From: an uncultured Algibacter sp.
GTDB lineage: Bacteria > Bacteroidota > Bacteroidia > Flavobacteriales > Flavobacteriaceae
Assembly: GCF_905480415.1 (NCBI RefSeq)
Contig: NZ_CAJQQI010000055.1
Location: 1 to 55,529, forward strand
Direction: 5' to 3'
DNA length: 55,529 nucleotides
A program made the translations under genes and the position numbers. This document shows, in pieces, positions 50,515 through 55,529 of this stretch. Below the pieces are notes generated by a model, which made no database searches, was not told the DNA's origin, and saw nothing but the letters and a program-made list of their open reading frames with translations. Within the stretch, counting starts at the first letter, position 1. The number at the start of each line of letters is the position of its first letter.

Positions 50515-51738
50515 TTATTCAGTTATTTTAAATCCTATGGATTTTAAGTCTTCCCAAAAGGTTGGATAAGACTTTGAAACCACCATGGCATCTTCAATTA
50601 TAATTGAAGTTTTCAATGCTAAAGGTGCAAATGCCATTGCCATTCTATGATCGTTATAGGTTGCTATAGACACCATTGAATTTATCCTTTTTGATGCTGA
50701 TAGATGCAATGATTTGTCTGTAATTTCAACCGATCCTCCTAATTTTTCAAGTTCGATTTTTAAAGCTACTAGACGGTCTGTTTCTTTGATTTTTAATGTG
50801 TGCAAACCAATTAAGTCACAGGATATACCTAAAGCAAAACAAGTTACTGCTATAGTTTGGGCAATATCTGGAGCATTTTTCAAATCTAGAGATAGGGGTT
50901 CTAAATTCGATTTTTCCTTTTTTAAAGTTAATTTATTTTCACTAAAACTGGCAGAAACTCCAAAGTGTTTATAAATACTCACTAAAGCAGAATCGCCCTG
51001 AAGTGAATTCTCCTTGTAAGACGACAAATTGATTTCTGTTCCTACTTCACTTAAAGCTGCAATACTAAAATAATATGAAGCAGACGACCAATCGGACTCT
51101 ACAGTGAAAGTTTTTGGCTTTAAAGTTGTTGTATTTGGTTTTACTCTAATGATATTTCCCATAAATGAAGATTCTACACCAATCTCATCCAATAAACTTA
51201 ATGTCATATTTATATATGGAATAGATGTGATTTCGCCTTCAAGTGTTAATTCTAAGCCGTTTTCAAGTTTAGAAGCTATTAGTAATAAAGCAGAAATATA
51301 CTGGCTACTTACATTAGCTTTTAAAGACACTTTATGTTTGGTAAGTTTTTTTCCTGTAATTTTTATTGGAGGGTAGCCTTCATTTTCTTTATAGCTAATT
51401 TGAGCTCCTAATTCTTGCAACGCTTCAACCAAAATTTTGATTGGGCGTTCTTTCATCCTTTTGGATCCCGTAAGAATTGTTTCTCTACCTTCTTGAATTG
51501 AGAAATATGCTGTTAAAAAACGCATAGCCGTTCCTGCGTGATGAATGTCAATAATCTCTGATTTAGAGCTTAAAGCATTCGTCATTAAATTACTATCATC
51601 TGAATTTGAAACATTTTCTAGTTTAAACTCCGGATATAATGCTTGTAATAGTAATAACCGATTAGATTCACTCTTTGAACCTGTTATTTGAATAGAAGAC
51701 TGCTTGGCAATTGCAGATTTTTGAAGTGTAACGTGCAT
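50515..51738 (-). CDS. aroA: 3-phosphoshikimate 1-carboxyvinyltransferase
   Basis: GSKSESNR, AGTAMRF, SSQYISA, KETDR, DHRMAM. Confidence 0.96.
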   Translation of the reverse strand: MHVTLQKSAIAKQSSIQITGSKSESNRLLLLQALYPEFKLENVSNSDDSNLMTNALSSKSEIIDIHHAGTAMRFLTAYFSIQEGRETILTGSKRMKERPIKILVEALQELGAQISYKENEGYPPIKITGKKLTKHKVSLKANVSSQYISALLLIASKLENGLELTLEGEITSIPYINMTLSLLDEIGVESSFMGNIIRVKPNTTTLKPKTFTVESDWSSASYYFSIAALSEVGTEINLSSYKENSLQGDSALVSIYKHFGVSASFSENKLTLKKEKSNLEPLSLDLKNAPDIAQTIAVTCFALGISCDLIGLHTLKIKETDRLVALKIELEKLGGSVEITDKSLHLSASKRINSMVSIATYNDHRMAMAFAPLALKTSIIIEDAMVVSKSYPTFWEDLKSIGFKITE

Positions 51739-51773
51739 GTTCTAATAAATTACTATTTAAAGAAGTCGCAAAT

Positions 51774-52100
51774 TTACTTTAATTTTTCGTTATTATGATG
51801 CCTATCATGGTCGCGTTTTGCTTTCTTATCCATTCTTTTATCAAAGGCTTTTTGTAAGTCTACATCTGTTTGGTTTGCTAAACATAACACTACAAATAGC
51901 ACATCTGCTAATTCTTCACCTAGATCTTTATCTTTGTCACTTTCTTTTTCGCTTTGCTCTCCGTAACGTCTGGCTATAATCCGAGCTACTTCACCTACTT
52001 CTTCTGTCAGTTGTGCCATATTGGTAAGCTCATTGAAATATCGAACACCATGTTCGTTTATCCAATTATCAACTTCTTTTTGTGCGTTTTCAATGTTCAT
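51774..52100 (-). CDS. MazG-like nucleotide pyrophosphohydrolase
   Basis: LTEEVGEVAR...GEELADV. Confidence 0.9.
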   Translation of the reverse strand: MNIENAQKEVDNWINEHGVRYFNELTNMAQLTEEVGEVARIIARRYGEQSEKESDKDKDLGEELADVLFVVLCLANQTDVDLQKAFDKRMDKKAKRDHDRHHNNEKLK

Positions 52101-52612
52101 TTATATTTTTTTAAAGTACCTAAAATTAACAAAATAAGTAAGGATGGAATAACAATAAATTTTATTTCACTTAAAACGACTCGCAATCCCCAACCGGAAA
52201 AAAACTTTTTAATCCCTAACGGCGACACTAATATTTCTCTAAATGAAAAGAAGAATCTATCGTTATTGAATGGTATAAAAAACCCTATACCTTCACCTCC
52301 TGATGTCATCGCATCAAAAATTCCGTGTGATATCGTTGATAGAAAAATAACCAAAAACCAAATTAATTTATTGTTTCTACCAATCGTAAGCATTAAAACT
52401 AATGCCCAAAGTATAGCAAAAAAAATAGAATGTGTAAATCCGCGATGTCCTAAAGGGTGTTGATACGCTATTCCTAATTTAAAAGTAATAACGTCAAAAT
52501 CTGGTAAAATTGCAGAAAATATGGCTGCTAATAGTAACCATTTTGTCTGTTTATTACCAATAAGCTTTGTTATAGTAAACCCCACAACACCATGACCAAA
52601 TATCGATGCCAC
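52097..52612 (-). CDS. YdjM-like inner-membrane metal-dependent hydrolase
   Basis: LPDFD, GHRGFTHS and SHGIFDAMT motifs. Confidence 0.85.
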   Translation of the reverse strand: MASIFGHGVVGFTITKLIGNKQTKWLLLAAIFSAILPDFDVITFKLGIAYQHPLGHRGFTHSIFFAILWALVLMLTIGRNNKLIWFLVIFLSTISHGIFDAMTSGGEGIGFFIPFNNDRFFFSFREILVSPLGIKKFFSGWGLRVVLSEIKFIVIPSLLILLILGTLKKYK

Positions 52613-53064
52613 TATATTTTATTTTTAGTATCTATAATTATTGTTACTGGTCCATCATTTAGTAAATCCACTTTCATATCAGCTCCAAACTTACCTGTAT
52701 GCACTTTTTTGCCTAAGTCTTTTTCAAGTTGAGTTATAAAACTTTCATAAAGCGGAATAGCAACATCCGGCTTTGCCGCTTGAGTATAACTTGGGCGGTT
52801 ACCTTTTTTAGTTGAAGCATGCAATGTAAATTGACTCACTACAATCGCATCACCATTTGTATTAACCAATGCCTTATTCATGACTTCATTTTCATCTCCA
52901 AAAATTCTTAAATTCACTATTTTGTTTGAAAGCCAATTAATATCTTCTTGGGTATCATCACCTACAATACCTAGAAAAATTAAAAGTCCCCCTTTAATTG
53001 AAGCTACTTTTATATCTGCAATGGTTACACTTGCTTTTGAAACTCTCTGTATAACCGCTTTCAT
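52612..53064 (-). CDS. dtd: D-aminoacyl-tRNA deacylase
   Basis: MKAVIQRV, VSQFTL, NDGPVT. Confidence 0.97.
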   Translation of the reverse strand: MKAVIQRVSKASVTIADIKVASIKGGLLIFLGIVGDDTQEDINWLSNKIVNLRIFGDENEVMNKALVNTNGDAIVVSQFTLHASTKKGNRPSYTQAAKPDVAIPLYESFITQLEKDLGKKVHTGKFGADMKVDLLNDGPVTIIIDTKNKI

Positions 53065-54011
53065 TCTTTATCCCAAATATCTGTTCGATAATGCTCATCT
53101 TCACCTTCTAACATTTGCAAATAACTTCTGTAACGCGAATATGCAATCTCATCATTTTCCAAAGCCTCCTTTACAGCACATTTAGGCTCTTTCAGGTGCA
53201 AACAATTATTGAATTTACAATCTTGTTTTAATTTGAAAATTTCAGGGAAATAATCACCTATTTCTTCTTGTTCCATATCAACAATACCAAACCCTTTTAT
53301 TCCTGGCGTATCAATAATCTTTGCATCGAAACTTAAATCGAACATTTCTGCAAAAGTAGTGGTATGTTGTCCTTGACTATGTTGTATTGAGATCTCTTTA
53401 GTTTTGATATTTAGCGAGGGTTCAATAGCATTTACAAGTGTAGATTTACCAACTCCCGAATGGCCAGAAAACATACTCGTTTTATTAAGCATTAAGGATT
53501 TAACTTTATCTACATTTTTTCCAGTTTTGGCTGAAACACCAATACATTCATATCCTATTTTTCTATAAATATGTGCTAAAAACCTAACTTCATTAAGTGT
53601 TTCTTCATCATATGTATCAATCTTATTAAATAATAAAACGGTTTTTATAGAATAGGCTTCCGCAGTTACTAAAAAGCGATCAATAAAGCTGGTAAGTGTT
53701 GGCGGATTATTAATGGTAATCATTAAAAATACCTGATCTAGATTAGCCGCAATAATATGAGTTTGCTTAGATAAGTTTACAGATTTTCTAACAATGTAAT
53801 TCCTTCGGTCATGAATATTATAAATAACTCCCGTTTCGGCATTGTTATCAGTTTCTAATTCAAAATCTACAACATCACCAACAGATATTGGATTGGTACT
53901 TTTTATTCCTTTAAGACGGAACTTCCCTTTGATACGACATTCGTAAGTATGCCCTAAATTGGTTTTTACCGTGTACCAACTTCCAGTAGATTTATAAACG
54001 TGTCCCGTCAT
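53061..54011 (-). CDS. rsgA: Ribosome small subunit-dependent GTPase A
   Basis: NKID, GHSGVGKS, HTTT, DTPG, CKFNNCLH..EPKC; start at 54011. Confidence 0.96.
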   Translation of the reverse strand: MTGHVYKSTGSWYTVKTNLGHTYECRIKGKFRLKGIKSTNPISVGDVVDFELETDNNAETGVIYNIHDRRNYIVRKSVNLSKQTHIIAANLDQVFLMITINNPPTLTSFIDRFLVTAEAYSIKTVLLFNKIDTYDEETLNEVRFLAHIYRKIGYECIGVSAKTGKNVDKVKSLMLNKTSMFSGHSGVGKSTLVNAIEPSLNIKTKEISIQHSQGQHTTTFAEMFDLSFDAKIIDTPGIKGFGIVDMEQEEIGDYFPEIFKLKQDCKFNNCLHLKEPKCAVKEALENDEIAYSRYRSYLQMLEGEDEHYRTDIWDKE

Positions 54012-54101
54012 AGTGTTTTCAAAAGTAAAGCTAAAAAATTTTTTTTTAGCATAGATATTGGTTAATCTTGTCATTATTAATTTAAAACAAAAACCAAGAA
54101 C

Positions 54102-54554
54102 ATGAAAAAATTATTAATTGTATTAGCTATTTCTTTATTTACTTTCCTTGAAACAAATGCTCAAGTTGAATACAAAGTGGTAACAAGTGTTGAGTCTATT
54201 ATACCTAGTGGGTTAGGTCGTTCTAGAATTATTAGCGCTAATGACACGAAAGACTACAAAGAATTTACTAGCACTCAAACCGATGAAAAAAATACACGTA
54301 ACAAATCTAAGCGTGGCGAAATAAGAGTTAAAGGTTTTGATGAAACTAAATTATTAAACTTTTTTAATGTTGCCGGTATTCGTTTTCAAAACATTGCTGC
54401 AAATGACGCTATAATTACTTCTAAAATTAATACAATGATTGAAGAAGGCTGGGAACTCGCTTTTGTAACTAGTGGTGTTGAAAGCGACGGTGGAAAAGGA
54501 GATGGTCAAGGTATTTTTATAACACGTTATCTTTTTAAAAGAAATAAGCAATAG
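54102..54554 (+). CDS. Secreted hypothetical protein
   Basis: Signal peptide (TNA-Q); ESIIPSGLGRSR and EGWELAFV motifs. Confidence 0.7.
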   Translation: MKKLLIVLAISLFTFLETNAQVEYKVVTSVESIIPSGLGRSRIISANDTKDYKEFTSTQTDEKNTRNKSKRGEIRVKGFDETKLLNFFNVAGIRFQNIAANDAIITSKINTMIEEGWELAFVTSGVESDGGKGDGQGIFITRYLFKRNKQ

Positions 54555-54570
54555 TTTTTCTTTTACTTAA

Positions 54571-54608
54571 ATATAAAAATGCCTCACTTTAGTGAGGCAT
54601 TTTTATAT
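54571..54608. terminator. Bidirectional intrinsic terminator
   Basis: ATATAAAAATGCCTCACT-tt-AGTGAGGCATTTTTATAT between convergent genes. Confidence 0.85.
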
Positions 54609-54623
54609 AATTTATTTAATAAA

Positions 54624-55529
54624 CTATCCGTTAATAACTTTCTCTTGATGATTAATTGATTCTTGGTGAACCGCCTTAAACATCTTTAAAATAAATTCTT
54701 CACTTAATCCGTGTTGCTCGCCTTCCAAAACCATTTTACCTAAAATCTCATTCCAACGTTTAGATTGTAAAACTGCCACGTTTTTTTGTTTTTTAAGTGC
54801 ACCAATCCCATCAGAGGTTTTCATTCGTTTTCCTAATAAATCGATAATTTGATTATCAATCACATCAATTTGCGCTCTTAAATTATCTAACTCGCTGTTA
54901 TATTCTGCTTCAGCGTTAGATTCTTTTTTGATTTTTAAATCTCTCATGATTTGAACTAAGGTTGATGGCGTTACTTGCTGGGCAGCATCACTCCAAGCCT
55001 TTTCAGGATCGTAATGTGTTTCAATCATTAAACCATCAAAATTTAAATCTAAAGCAATTTGAGATACATCAAAAATCATATCTCTTTTTCCTGTAATATG
55101 TGATGGGTCGTTAATTAAAGGAATATCTGGGAATTTATTTTGAAACTCAATAGCTAATTGCCATTCTGGAGTATTTCTATATTTTGTTTTTTCATAAGTT
55201 GAAAACCCTCTGTGTATTGCTCCTATATTTTTAACTCCTGCTTTGTAAATTCTTTCGATACCTCCTAGCCATAATGCTAGATCTGGATTTACGGGATTTT
55301 TGATTAACACAGGCTTATCAGTTCCTTTCAAAGCATCTGCAATATCCTGCATAATAAAAGGGCTAACGGTAGAACGTGCTCCAATCCAAAGTAAATCTAC
55401 ATCATGCTCTAAAGCCAATTTTACATGGTTTGCATTTGCAACTTCAGTACAAATTTTCATACCTGTTTCTGCCTTTACTTTTTGAAGCCATTTTAAACCT
55501 AATGCTCCAACACCCTCAAACATACCAGG
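54624..55529 (-). CDS. Bifunctional DAHP synthase/chorismate mutase (5' end outside the window)
   Basis: WIGARST, HRGFS and DPSH DAHPS motifs plus C-terminal LRAQIDVID chorismate mutase domain. Confidence 0.92.
   Translation of the reverse strand, partial: PGMFEGVGALGLKWLQKVKAETGMKICTEVANANHVKLALEHDVDLLWIGARSTVSPFIMQDIADALKGTDKPVLIKNPVNPDLALWLGGIERIYKAGVKNIGAIHRGFSTYEKTKYRNTPEWQLAIEFQNKFPDIPLINDPSHITGKRDMIFDVSQIALDLNFDGLMIETHYDPEKAWSDAAQQVTPSTLVQIMRDLKIKKESNAEAEYNSELDNLRAQIDVIDNQIIDLLGKRMKTSDGIGALKKQKNVAVLQSKRWNEILGKMVLEGEQHGLSEEFILKMFKAVHQESINHQEKVING

Overview
AT-rich chromosomal window from a marine-type Flavobacteriaceae (Bacteroidota), judged from the gld genes, XrtF and TAnnTTTG promoters. 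Most of it is core genome: gldKLMN, topA, miaB-bEBP-lptE-TPR-secG, groESL, purH, mreBCD-mrdA-rodA, gldBC, nadE, dnaG, polyprenyl synthase, rlmN, queA, aroA, dtd, rsgA and DAHP synthase/chorismate mutase. I saw no rRNA, tRNA, CRISPR array, transposase or integrase. Five signals stand out. (1) A four-gene, Cys-motif-rich metal operon (HYC_CC_PP, HMA-MauE, TonB receptor, HMA) whose first gene looks like a leaderless, metal-sensing ribosome-arrest uORF. (2) A TG(A/C)CA-N3-TGTCA-like motif shared by the miaB-bEBP promoter and a sigma54-like groES promoter, suggesting an unrecognised heat-shock circuit. (3) A four-gene island between dnaG and the polyprenyl synthase gene, with degenerate attC-like boundaries and no integrase. 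(4) Two Flavo-1-like structured RNA elements. (5) A peptide deformylase with a lipoprotein signal peptide. All family calls come from motif recognition; no database searches were run.
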